Shown here: piece by piece, positions 13,525-26,277 of the stretch
How positions within the stretch are numbered: the stretch's first letter is position 1
Layout: every line of letters begins with the position of its first letter
NCBI GenBank assembly: GCA_000934665.2
Contig: KZ537987.1
Coordinates: 1 to 64,000, forward strand
Direction: 5' to 3'
DNA from: Catajapyx aquilonaris
Taxonomy: Eukaryota
Length of the DNA: 64,000 nucleotides
Notes under the pieces: generated by a model
Told to the model about the DNA's origin: nothing
Databases searched by the model: none
The model's input: the letters and a program-made list of their open reading frames with translations, nothing else
Made by a program: the position numbers and the translations under genes

Positions 13525-14213
13525 TTGACCCGCCTCCCACTTGGACGTGGGCCACTACCAGTTGGCACATAGGCTCCCCCTCTGCACACTCATGCCACTA
13601 TCAGGGAGAAAGTAGTACTACATGCACGTTGGTGATGAGTCACTTCGCGGACAAAGCCCACTGTCCTCTAATTGTTGATCGGGGAAAATGAAAGCTATGG
13701 TAATTATTTCATAGGCGATAAGTTACCTTGTTTACAGTTAGTGAATTCTGTATATGATTTTTGTGACCCAGTGGAACAAAAAAAGGCTGAAAATTGATTG
13801 CCGTGTATACTTTAGCCCCTTATTCTGCTGGGGCATTTCGACATTACAGATTTAAGGTATTCTAAGCAATTCCTGGAAAACTTTTCCAAGCCGGCTTGAA
13901 TTTTTAAACCTCCCTTGCAAAGTCCCCGGTACGGTATAATCCGGGGGATAACGTATTGATATTTTCTCCGGAGCAGCATTTAATTTTAAATTCGTTTGGG
14001 AAGCTGCAGCGCTTATTCAAAAGAGCTTATAGCTTTGGCGTCTTTTGCGCCCTAAGCACCCAACCCAGCACCCACAGTCCGAGTTGACATAAATATGTCA
14101 CGTATATTTTTTTGGCATATTTTGGCTATGGCAAATCCTGAGCCGTGGCTGTTGGCATCATTTTAATGAGCTTTCCCTGGATGGACTTTTGGGGCTGCCC
14201 CCCCCCCCCCCCC

Positions 14214-14413
14214 NNNNNNNNNNNNNNNNNNNNNNNNNNNNNNNNNNNNNNNNNNNNNNNNNNNNNNNNNNNNNNNNNNNNNNNNNNNNNNNNNNNNNNN
14301 NNNNNNNNNNNNNNNNNNNNNNNNNNNNNNNNNNNNNNNNNNNNNNNNNNNNNNNNNNNNNNNNNNNNNNNNNNNNNNNNNNNNNNNNNNNNNNNNNNNN
14401 NNNNNNNNNNNNN
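14214..14413. other. Assembly gap (200 N)
   Basis: N run flanked by poly-C on the left and poly-G on the right. Confidence 0.99.
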
Positions 14414-17400
14414 GGGGGGGCCTCCCTTTGCAAAGAGAGAGTTTTGTCCCCCCCCCCTCCTCTCCCCAACATAAATACCATTAGTGTGTTGAAATGCATA
14501 GCTGGGTAGTAAGGTCAATCAACCGTGCGAATCATCCGTCCGGCTGTTTGCAGGCCTGGTTTATGAACGCACATTGTGGCACGACCAGAATGCGTGTTGT
14601 ATATTACCTGTGCGGCGTGCCAAGAATTGGCCAGCCGAATATATATGGTCCAGAAGCAGCAGCTGGGACTTTCTAGGGCAGAAGAATTTTTTGGATGGCC
14701 CATATCCGCCATATTCGTACACTGCTGCTGATCAAAATAGCAGTCCCTTCAGAATTTGGCGTCACGTTGCGTCACGTTAGAGTCACGTTAGGTTCGGAAT
14801 GAAAAAGCCAATACGCTTAGGTTTTTTTTTTTTTTGGGGGGGGGGGGGGGNGAAGCAAATTGCGTGTTTGTCTTGAGAGGGAGATGCTTCTCTGTTCCGT
14901 GGGCTTATTTTTTCTGTACAGCTATAGTAGATATAGATAGAAGAGGGGGCCTTGATTTAGGAGGTGGTGCGTAATGGAGGTTTCGTAGTGATGCATGACT
15001 TTTACACCTGTTGGCGCACATCGCTAGAGAGGAGGGGGGAGGGGGGGGGGTCCACCGCGTTTTCAGCGCAGATGAGTTTGTAAATGGAGATTACCATCAT
15101 TCCGGTTGGCTGGAAGACGAAAGCATTTCTAACCCAACCCCCGATTATGGCGGTATAGACCCAAAAAGGGGCCTGCCAGGCACGGACTGCCTCTAGTGTA
15201 CTGCAGGTACTGTACACACTCGTCTGAACGTGCACTGCCTAATTTGCGGGGGCGAATTTGGATTGGGTGGGTTGCAAAGAGATAAGAGCATGACCTGTAG
15301 GGAAGTGCGTGGCTTTGATTTTGTGTGTAAGCCACTTTCACACAGACGCTTCTTTTTAAAAAAAAACAAAATTGAGCGAGTAGGTCCTTAGGTGATAAAA
15401 ATGCTGGGGACGAAAGGAATCTGAGCAATTTCTTTGAAGTGTGTCTGAAACATACACCGCAATGCAAACCATAATGACGAATGGTTTACATTCCAGTTTA
15501 TTGTGCCAAAAACATTTTTGTTACACTTTTTTTTACAGAAATACTAACATCTGTTTCTGTAACAATTAGTTTTTTTTCGTTGTAATATGTGTGGTGTATG
15601 CAACACAATTGGAGTTTATTCCGAGTGTAAGTCATTATATCACTCGAGTATCTCGTTTGTAATCCCCGGTGGGAATTATGGATCGGAACTCCTCGTGGGG
15701 CTCCCCGATTCATAAAACCTACCCCATTATGTGTATTAATCCGCTTCAGTTATAGTGACAAAATTGTAGTACACGCGTTTTTAAAACTTCTGACTTGAGC
15801 CTTATCATCAGTCCTGGTCGCTAATTGTGGATTTAACTTCATATACTGCTGAACCGGCTGAACTCTATAAATCCGGATTTTTCATGGGTAGCGATTAATC
15901 GAACCACTGTTGCCTTATTCCTCTGCTTAAAATGTAACAAGACTGTTTTATTAAATAGTTTTAAGCGTGAATAATTAAGGCTTCGTAATGTCCCTCTAAA
16001 CACATAGGCCAGTCAGTAGATTACAGTTGTAAGCGCACCTACAACTAGCTGTTAAAACCGGTGTTGGCCCTGAAAATACGTCGTTTAAACTGTTCCCTCC
16101 CTACAACACATACTCGGCGCATAGGAGCATAAAAGAGGCTGTGTGCACCAATTCAATTTGCCACCCTCCCCCCCCCCCCAAAAAAAAAATACTGTACTTT
16201 TTTTAACTCCATCCTCTGTATACCATGCGTTCATCCAATTAGAATAAACACCGGTAGACTGATAAAGGCTGTAAAATTGGCACTTCGATCGCCCTGTTTG
16301 CCTCCTGGGCCAGGGAAATTATAAACCCCCGCGGTCCGAAATGAAAGTCATGCGGTTCCCAACCCGTAATTTGAGGGAAGGGCATTCGTGGAAGGCCCCC
16401 CCTCCACATGAAGTAAGTAGCCCCCACCACCACCCCAAAAAAAAGGGGGGGGGGGGTAGTACTCTGCACTACAAAGAGATAATCAAAAGTACTACCGCTT
16501 GGCTTCCGCGCGTGCCTTTGTGAACTGCAGAATGCACTCTTTTGAAAATAGTACATTCTGCAGCCCTCTCCCCCAGTCAGGATGAGAAAATTTCGATTAT
16601 GCAGAAAAGAGCCGAAATACTTTGCGACCTACCAAAAAAAAAATTTGTCATATTTCAAATGCGGTTTTAGAGCGTCCTTGCGAATGAATGAACCAATTAA
16701 ACTGAATGTTAATTACCAAGTAATTACCAGGGGAGGTTGGTAATTGTTTGAATGGAAGCCTAAATGATGGGAGGGGTCCTTCTGTTCGCATTTTTTTTTA
16801 AGGGGACGAAGGATTTATTTTTTTTATTTTAGGAAAGAAGGTTGAGGGAGGCAGGTGTCTTCCTCCATTTTGCATTCTTGCTCCGGCGTTTCCAATTTTC
16901 CTCGGGCTCTTTGGCCCTGTTCCCAGGAGCACCTTCGCGTCCCTAGACTCTTAGCTTTGCCTCCCACCTTCCCTCCCCCAGTTTTCCAGCTGGTGAGCAT
17001 GCGAGACCGTGCTATAAGGACGAGTTAAGATGTAGCCATCCGAAACGAGCCTCAGCGCTAAGGTTATTTATTCCAACGTAATGAACTCGGAGAATTTCGC
17101 GCCCTGTTTCGCCTCCTTTCGTTTTCTTTTTTTTTTTCTTCGTTTTGTTTGCGCCATAAGAGATGTGGAAAATTGTATTGATATTTGGATATTGCAGGTC
17201 ATACTTCATTTTATGTACAGTTTGGTGTATAAGTCGAGTTCAAACATGCTCAATTTTTTAAAAAGCGTGTGTGCGCCATGTCTCCCAAACTTTACATTTC
17301 GCCCCATGATCATCCAGTCATGAATCATGTGGACGTGCCTTGTTATTGAAGCCGTCTCTTCGTCCTAGTTTCAAGGATCTTTGGGAGGGGGGGAAAGGGA

Positions 17401-19715
17401 GAGATCGATGGCTTCGTCTTCTTCTTGGGTTCTTGGGTATATAGCTTCTGTGAAAATTTTGAAGGCACCTTTTATGCAAGAATGGGCATTTTGTACTTGT
17501 TACTAATCTGGCGTAAAATCCAGTTTTTAGCACAGTGACATGGCCGGCACTGGAGGGGTAACTGAAATAATTAACCTTGTTGGCACATAATTTAATTATG
17601 TAAGGGAGGGAAGGGGGGGGGGGTGTGTGTAATTACCGGCAGTCTTGGAATGACACGATCAAGTGCAGGCTTATGAATGCAATCCGAGGCAGGTCGACGC
17701 CGCGGAAAGCCGCACTTTTCCGAAAGGATAATTATTTGAGAGGTGAAAAGGTCTGCCAACGACAGCCCCCACCCCGCTTCTCCCCACTCTTTTTTTTAGG
17801 TGTAGGGAGTAGGGGAGGATTGGTGGAAGTTTGTTTGACTAGACAGGAATTTAATTTTCAGGAGAGGCTTGGTGCAAGATATGGATGGGTGTCGCTTTTA
17901 TTACTTTGTACGTGCGAGTTTAGACTTCAAACGTATTGCTGTTTTGCAGCGGACGACCCCCCCTGGATTCCTCTTTTTCTGGCATGTAAACTTGAAGGTG
18001 ATGAAATTATGGCAGGTGCTAAAGGTGCGTCATTTGCATGTTTTGGCAAGGAAAGTGCAACCGGAGCTAAATTTTCCAGGATGTTTAGCTGGCCTTCCTG
18101 ATGATATCAGCCCCAATTATAGTGCATAAAATAATGGAAAAGGATGTATATAAATAAATGCACTTTTCTGGCCACATTTTGTATATAAAATAATGCATGA
18201 AAAATATTCAGTGCGTAAAATAATGCAAGAGGGTGTATAAATATGAACTTAATGTTTTGCTGGCTAGATCTGGTATGTAAAAATAATAATGCCACCGTGG
18301 GGTTGCAAGATTTTTTTTCCTACATTTTTTTTCCCTTCATAGAACCGGCCCTACGTCCTCAGTTCTGCAGGAGGGTTCTTGCTGAGTAACATAATGTTAT
18401 TCGTCAAAAATGGGCAATTAATTTATGCAACCCAAGGCAAGGCTTCCCCATATTCTTTCTACCATATTGGGCCAGGAGTGATGACTAGCCTTGCTATATA
18501 TGGGGAAGTTTCAGCGGACGTATAAAGGAGGGAAGTTTTCAAGCGCAATCTTCAAATTGCATTTTGGGACGGCCCCCGGTTCCCTGAAAAAAGCACGTGG
18601 CAGCTTTTCTTCCTTGCAAGATTAATGGTACAGTGAAATCATGGAGCGTAGGGGGAAAGGGCCGCCTTCCCCCCCGAAAAAAAAAAATCAAGAAAAAAAA
18701 ATGCTAACCCCTGTTTTTTTTTTTTTTTCTTCAGGGCGGTACAATTTTTGTTCAATATTTCGGGGTCGTGATGTTTCGCATTCTGGCCTGTGCATATCGT
18801 AGATCCGGTAACGGGATACACCCGGATACATGCACCTTCGGGCGGGGGATTGTCCGAAACTTCGAGATATATTCGCCAGTCCCTGGACGAACCTATAATT
18901 ATTATTAAAACGCCGTCGGCCAGTTGACGGTTCAAAAAATGGGGGGTGGTATTTCGAGGTTGCCATACTGTCCCATTGTTCTGTACGGGGAAAAAAAATG
19001 TGCGAACAGTACTTCAATATACATCACCCCTCAAAAAATGTGCCTGATAAAATTTGTCATTTCTCACATTTGCGTATTCAGCAATGTTTCGGAAACAGTT
19101 GTGACTGGATTTGATTCCAGTTTCATGCGACATTTACTCCCCATGCAATTTTTTCTTCGAATCCCAAACATGGAATCCAATTAGAGATGCGATCTTTACT
19201 CAATACGCTGCAATCACGTCCCGGTTAATTACTCTGGAAATTATCAATCACGTGACCATGCCGATATGCTCGTTTGCATATAACCACCGGGAGCATTTAA
19301 ATTGTCACGTGCAAATGTAATATAACAGGCATGGGGAAGAGGGGGGAGGGTATGGCCGTAAATTTATAATGACCTGTTTAGCGTAATAACAGGGCACATT
19401 ACGTCACGTGCAAATAATACGCATTGTAATTAGGTTGAGGGTCAGTCCCCAAATTGGGCAACATTGTTGTGGCAACTAACCTTTTTTTTGCATTGGTAAA
19501 TCGAAACGTAGGGTATGTAATAGCTTATTTAACACATATTCCGCAGCAGGCATCAAAACATATTGAACCAAAAAAATATAATAACATGGGAGTTTTTGAT
19601 AATTAATCGATTCGATCTGAGGGAGAATTAGCAGTTGAATTTTGTGTGGTTCAAAACTGTTACTTTTCTGCTGTTATTTTATTGATTACACAATAATAAT
19701 GTTATTGTGAAATCA

Positions 19716-19787
19716 ATGCTTCATTGGCGAAAGTGATTGTTGCTAATAACATGTTATTAGCAACAATCACTTTCGCCAATGAAGCAT
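19716..19787. repeat. Perfect 72-bp palindrome with no spacer
   Basis: ATGCTTCATTGGCGAAAGTGATTGTTGCTAATAACA is followed directly by its exact reverse complement (36+36 bp). Confidence 0.95.
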
Positions 19788-22188
19788 CAATATTACTTCT
19801 TGTGTTTTTACGAAACGTTGTGTCCGCAGTTGGATGTAAACGTCAGATTTTGTCTTAGGGACACAATATTTTTACCTAACCTATCTTATCATGGCTGAAC
19901 TGTTATTAAACCCATTTTTTTCTCAGATCGGGCAACAATGTCGAAGGCAACGAACCTTCCATCTCTTAACCTTTGTTCTTTTTTCTTTTTTTTTACCGGT
20001 TTCACGCACCCCGAACTATTTACCCAAAGGCTGTTATTAGTCTACTTTTCTTTTAAGACTGTCAGGGGGTTGCCTCGCCTTGGACTTATCTGAGTTGCGG
20101 CTGTCGAGGACGAGGGGAACATTGTATTTCATCTGCCTTGTCCGGCCAAATTAAGGGTTGTCTAACACTTGTCACGTCCCGACCAGCGGGTCTGGGCTTC
20201 TCCATGTTGTTGTTTTTTATATACACTAGTCCTTTTCTTTCTTTCTTTTTTTTTTGTACAAAATTTTTAAGCGATGCTACCAACCAGGCCGTGACCTATT
20301 GCTTGGGAAATGGGCTGGGACCATTTTTTTAAAAAAATAAAAAAAGGACGTGTGCAAAGTGGTGGTTGAAACAATGATGGACATGTGAGCCGTCATCGAT
20401 GGTGTTGGATCGATTGTTACCTGTGAAAATGCGGAGGGTGACGGGATAACTATTCTTTTGAAGTGCGTACCTGGCAGGTCGTGCTCTGCTGTTTTTTTTT
20501 TTTTTGCCAGCAGACTTTCTATAGTGGAAAAAAAAAGTGCAAAGCGGATGCTACTTTAAACCGCATTGCATACTTGGTGATTAGCAATTTCAACACTGGT
20601 CTGACGTTTAAAAAAAAACTGGCTGGAATTTGCAACTTTGCGGAGTACTGCGGCATTTTATGAAAATTATAATTATTTTGCGGTGCAAAACCTCTTTCGG
20701 GCAACTGTTAAGGTATAAAGCCATGTACGCCCAATAATGACCAATATGGATATACTGTATGCCCTATTTTGTCAGTCCAATGCATAATTATTTGACAGTT
20801 ATTGGCGGGCTAGTTATATATTTTTTGACTGTCAGTTACCATTTAGCATAATAATGCGCGGACAAAAGTACAGTGCGCTCAAATATGTTACTATTGAAAA
20901 GAATGGGTTATGTTTATTTGCATAATTACTTTTGAACGCTTCACAATGCCAGACAAAAATGTCGGGATTAAAAATTAATGCCCCGGTAAATTATATATTC
21001 GCAAATTAATTGTTGCACATGTTACTGGCCCCCTGTGTTTTAGGGAAGGTCTATAATATTGTCACGCTGTTAATTAATTGTTGCTGGCGCCGATATTTAT
21101 AGCACTTAATTGGGAGCTGCAATGTTGCATCTTCCCGATAAACCGTTATAAAATAGCAGTAGCTACTTGATTTTGTCATGCATAGCCGCGCAGGAAGGAT
21201 TAACGACCAACCCTGTATATCCACAACAGCTATTAGACTGTAAATTATCACTTACTATGTAATTTATGCGCCAAATAATTGCCTCATGTTTAATTACCGG
21301 CCGAGCGTTGTGTATAAAATGTAACTGAGTTATAACCCAGCATAGCTCTCTAATATGCCACTGATTTCTGGATATGTTAAAAGGGCAATGGCCATGGGGC
21401 TGAAATGTCAGTGAAAATTTGGTTCCTTTTTTTATATCCATTTTTTAGGAGGGTCGATTCTGAGCCAGATCGCGTAAAAAAGTCAATCGTGTCTACACGC
21501 ACTCAAATCACGGTCACGAAAAGTGCCAAAAGAGAAGTCTGACCCGAAAATTTTTACACCATTTATGGTGTCATTGTGCTGCATAAATTTTTTTCATGGT
21601 ATGAATCAGATGGCAATATTTGCTCTCTTGCAAGGGCTGTTCAAATCGGGGTTTTTTAAAATATAGAGAGCGGAATTGCATTATCGTACGTTTTAACCCA
21701 TAGAACAGTTCTAGTAGAGAGAGCGAGAGAGAGAGAGAAAAAAGCGGCTACCGAATAATTTATTCGGCGTTTTCCTGGAATCATTCACCCCACGCAAAAA
21801 GATAATGGCGGAGATTAGCTCAGTCAGAAGGGAGTGCTTTGGAACCATCCAAAAAAAAAGTGGGGGAGCCTTCCCAATATCTGAAACTGACTTTAGGCTT
21901 CTCCCAGGTTGAGTCGGAGGCGAGGTGGGTATTATACCTGAGAGGTGTAGTCTACGTGCAAAGTGCGCCATTATCAAGGCGTGGAAAGGCTCATCTCTTT
22001 TGCAGGCCAATGTTTATAGAGACTGTGGATCAATGCCTGCGGTTTTAACTAAGCTTGGACGCGGCCTGGAAGAGAGCAAAGGAAGAGAGTGACTTTTAAG
22101 GGAATAATTTCGCTGAGAGGGAGGATTTAGCCTGGCATTAATTTGCATGTAAAGTTGTGGACAATAAATGTTGAGCCGCTTATGTGTG

Positions 22189-22225
22189 ACTACATGGTGT
22201 CAAGTGATGTACTTCCGGCTTCCGC
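22189..22225 (+). promoter_or_regulatory. Possible housekeeping-type promoter element for Tmtc3 (tandem ETS-like CTTCCG sites)
   Basis: ACTACATGG...ACTTCCGGCTTCCGC (22211-22225), about 3.9 kb upstream of the first coding exon, which has an acceptor and so needs an upstream exon. Motif evidence only. Confidence 0.25.
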
Positions 22226-23817
22226 TGTATAGTATAGTTGGTCTTCTGGAAATTGAATTGAGCGATTTGGCAAACGGGTGTACAGTATTTTTCCATCTTT
22301 TTGTAGCTGCTAAACCTGTCGCCCATACAGAATGACTATTGAGGCATCAGAAAAGCCTAGTGTGTCGCCATCGATTTCAAGATTGAACCTCTTAAATGCG
22401 GCAGCACATCATTTTCGATAATAAAAATAAGCTTATTAGGTATCTCGCGCCACAACAGCCTTCCACATTTTTTTGGGGGGTGCTTTTAAGGAGGAAGAAA
22501 AAAAAACTGGTTTAGACCAGCATTGCGTGAAATCATAATATGTTTTATCGGAAGTAACAACTAAACCTTAGACTGCGTTTAGTGTGTACAAAGTGCGGCA
22601 GATGTTGATCGATGTAATACATTTTTTACCGCCATCCTCTTAAAACCCCTACCGTGAGCCCTCTTTAATAACGGAGAATTCTTGAAGTGTGGCTCATCTT
22701 ATTCACCAGGCCAATTTTGTCAATAATTATAATATAATGATATAGTGGGAAGGTTCGCGGTGAAGTAATTTGAGGCAATTTACGCCCCACCGCAAAAAAA
22801 GGCGATGCAGTAAAGATGAGAGCTGATACCTGTGTTTACAAAGTGTTTAGGACAAGCGATACTTCATAATATTTTTTTTTTAAAAAAAGGGTTCGTAAAT
22901 AGTGTACACTATTTTCCGCAATATTTCGTTCCCCTAAAATTAATAGGCATATTTTGGCACGCTTCTCTCCAGGTTTTTTGCAAAATTGCAGACCTAAGCC
23001 TTGTCATTCCCGATGAGGTAGGTTAATTAAGGATTAGCTCACGTTTTCTCTTGGCAATCACAAAGGACCGGTGCCAACTCGGCCGATTGCGTCGCGTTAA
23101 TGAAGTATATGGACGCACGTAACTGCCTCCAAAAAAAAAATATTGGGGAATCTGAAGCCCCCAATCGGCGCCTGAAAGTTTTGCACATTTAGATTAGATT
23201 TTTTTTTTTTTTACATCTTTTTCTGCCAGGCTCTTGTTACCTAGGGAATTACCTGCGGACCAGTTGGCAGTCGTGTTCTTCCTCCGAAAATCTTGAGTGA
23301 CAGCTCGTTGAAGCTTTTCCCTGGGCTGCAAGTGTCTAGACCTTTCTATCCTTTTGAGCTGTCTATCTACCACACCAGGGGCGGATCCCTCCTAAGACTA
23401 GGACCAGTGACATCAAAAATTTCGCCCGAATTTTATTCTAAAGGTGGTGTACAACATACTGTACTGTATATGGCACACACTGTGTTTATTTATTTTATTT
23501 CTGCGCGAACTGACCTGGGCTTTATTTGCAAGTGGCGTCGCTGCTGGGGATAAATGCTCCAAATTCCTCGGGTCATCGACCAGTGTCGGTTGTCAGTCGC
23601 ATCTCGAACGCGGGTATGATCGATGAGCCGAAACAATACCGTGGGATGCTCCCCGGAGAGCAGCCAACACACGACATCACGGAAACACACCCCCACCGTC
23701 GTATATAAACTAACTCATCACATACCCAATTTCTGGCGCCTTGGAAGCGTCACGGACAAAGCCCAATTTATTTACACCCGACGACGGCATTCATTATTAT
23801 TCCTGCACCCTTTGCAG

Positions 23818-23887
23818 GCGCCATAACACCGCGGATGGTAACACCAAAAGCACTCTGGAGATGAAGGAGTTGGCGCAAGTTTCTGCG
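23818..23887 (+). other. Candidate non-coding 5' exon of Tmtc3
   Basis: Acceptor-like ttcctgcaccctttgcAG ends at 23817; donor-like GCG|GTAGGA at 23888; an initiator-like TCAGTC lies at 23593-23598. No homology support. Confidence 0.25.
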
Positions 23888-26091
23888 GTAGGAAACTTGG
23901 TCCAACGTGTGCAGGCTGTACGAGTTATTCTTCCTTTTACAGTATATCTGTAGTAGTGAACCCATTGCTAAAATTAGGCAAAACCTATGATCAGTATGAC
24001 AGTGACAATTAAACGACTTTAATGAGATGTCCCGCCGATTTACTTCGTAGATGTCGGATAGTACTCCCTCATCTGTACACTCCTGCCACCCTCAGATCGT
24101 GTGAGAGTTAGCATACTATCAGGTCGGACAAACATCCGAAGCCTTTTAGGAGAAATAATTTTCAGTGTGTATAGGCCAAATATTGTTGTGGACTACCATT
24201 TGAATCTGGCGTGCCAAACATGTTTTGCAAGATTTACATGGCTGCACACCTATAAATACTGTGGCATTGAAAAGGCATATTTCATGTGTGGACCTCCTGC
24301 ACAACATATTTTTCGAGGGGGCTTTGCAGATATGTGTGAAACAGATGGCTTTTGCCAATCCCCTTCTGTGTACTGGTCTCCATTCGATGCATCAGTTGTA
24401 GGGTCAAGTCGGAAAACAATAAATAATTTGGACCATTTTTTTTTTTTTTTTGTAAACTCGTAGCAATTTAGTGCGCATCGGAACGGGAGTTTTCCATTTC
24501 CAAACGTCCTGTGTTGCGTTATTTATCATTTATTCCGTCATCCCGACAAGTCCGAAACTGCACCGGGTCCCCATTGTATACATCATTTTGTGCACACTTT
24601 TTTTTCACTCTCCCACATGTTTTTTTTTTTGGTCTTTCGTGGGGGTCCCGTGCTGATTATTGCGTTTTGGGCGTAAATATGTCCGGGAACGCATTTGGCG
24701 TCTATTGCGCCAATTCGTCATAATTAAAAACGGCGTTTGCAGCATACATTTGGCTGGTATCGTACGCTATCTCTGCTGTCATTGGGTGTGGACCAGTTAA
24801 AAAAAAATCCTGGCCCAGCCCCTATAGTTTCATGTGTTGTAAGGACCGAATTACAACTTGACGCAATAAATCCAGGGGTCCTCTAAAAAATTCAAAACTA
24901 TTCGAGTTTTACAGTGGCTGGTGGTAGCCAAAAAATTGCCACTCGACTCTTTGTAGACGTCTGTTATTAATTCAGGACATGGTTGAACCTTGGGAGAACG
25001 GACGTAGGCTCCTATGCTAACGAAATGGATGTGTGTAAAAGTCAAACACGCCGTACGTGCCAAGAATTACTAAAAGGCTTATTTTAGTCAGAGAGAGTGG
25101 CCCCTGAGTTTCTGTTCAGGGTTTATTTAAATTTAATGGTCGTGTCTGTGGTACTCTTTCGGAGGGTCCGGATAAATGACAGGCAACACGACATTGTTCG
25201 GCTTCCGGAAATTTCGCCGAACTTATGTAGGCTATACTATTAATTTCGATTTGGATTAATGTTTCATCCCGGATGCAGCATGTCGTAAGTTAACTTTGAA
25301 AGCCCTTCAGATTGCGGTCGGTTTAAGGTCACGTCAGGGTTACTCGTTGTATTATGTACAGATCCACGTGCTTTCGAAACTTTTAGCTTAATTATTAATA
25401 GGGTATGTCGATTTGTAATTCTGGTGTTGAGGATTCAACATCTTACCCATCGTATCGTATATGAAATGGACATGTGACATTTATAACAGGATAATAACCC
25501 TTGTCGCTCACATGAATGCTGCCCTTTTGGCCTGTAAGCAGATTTTCTATCATAGGTTGTGCTTACAGGGGGGGGGGGGGNGGGGGGGGGGGCGTAATAT
25601 TTTGTGCGGTCGGTAACCAAATTAAGCCCGGGTTGTAATTAGAGCGTGTGCTGTCGACGTTTTTTAGGCGCAGCTTTGATTTGCAAGCGGATGTTACGCG
25701 TCTGGTGTGAACATGAACTGGCGCAAACATGCCACCTATTTTTGGGGGTTATTTTTTGGGCGGCCTGCGGATTCTATCCGTTGCTGCGTAATTTTTATGC
25801 ACAGGGATCGGGGCCACCCTATTGGCTGGCAGCCTTTAGCAGGCCCAAGTAACGAGTCAAGTTAACGCAGCCATAACACACAGAATGTGTAATTTGGACG
25901 GCATTAGCCCTACACAGTGCTTCACTTGGCGAAAGCAAGTTAATGCGGTAAGGCATGAAAGCACGATCCCATCTCATAAAAGGCGCTATGTCACGTCCGG
26001 GGGGTTTGGATATGAGACCCCCCCCCCCCAAAAAAAAAAGTTTTATCGTATCAGAGTACTAATATTATCACTGTTTGTACTTGCAGGCACC

Positions 26092-26277
26092 ATGGCACTG
26101 AAACACGTGTATTCCACGGTGGTGGTCTTGACCTCCCTGACCTGTTACTACAACTCGCTGCACTGCGGGTTTGTCTTTGACGACATCAGCGCCATCAAGG
26201 ACAACAGGGACCTTCGACCCCACACGCCGCTCAAGAACCTCTTCTTCAATGACTTCTGGGGCACTCCCATGCAAAAG
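26092..26277 (+). CDS. Tmtc3: TMTC3-like protein O-mannosyltransferase, first coding exon (MALKHV...[36 protein letters not shown], 62 codons, phase 0)
   Basis: Acceptor ctgtttgtacttgcAG ends at 26086, then GCACC-ATG at 26092; donor AAG|GTAAGT at 26278. The peptide has a hydrophobic N-terminal segment and the TMTC motifs CYxNSLxCGFVFDD and NDFWGTPM, recognised from memory of TMTC3 proteins. Confidence 0.93.
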
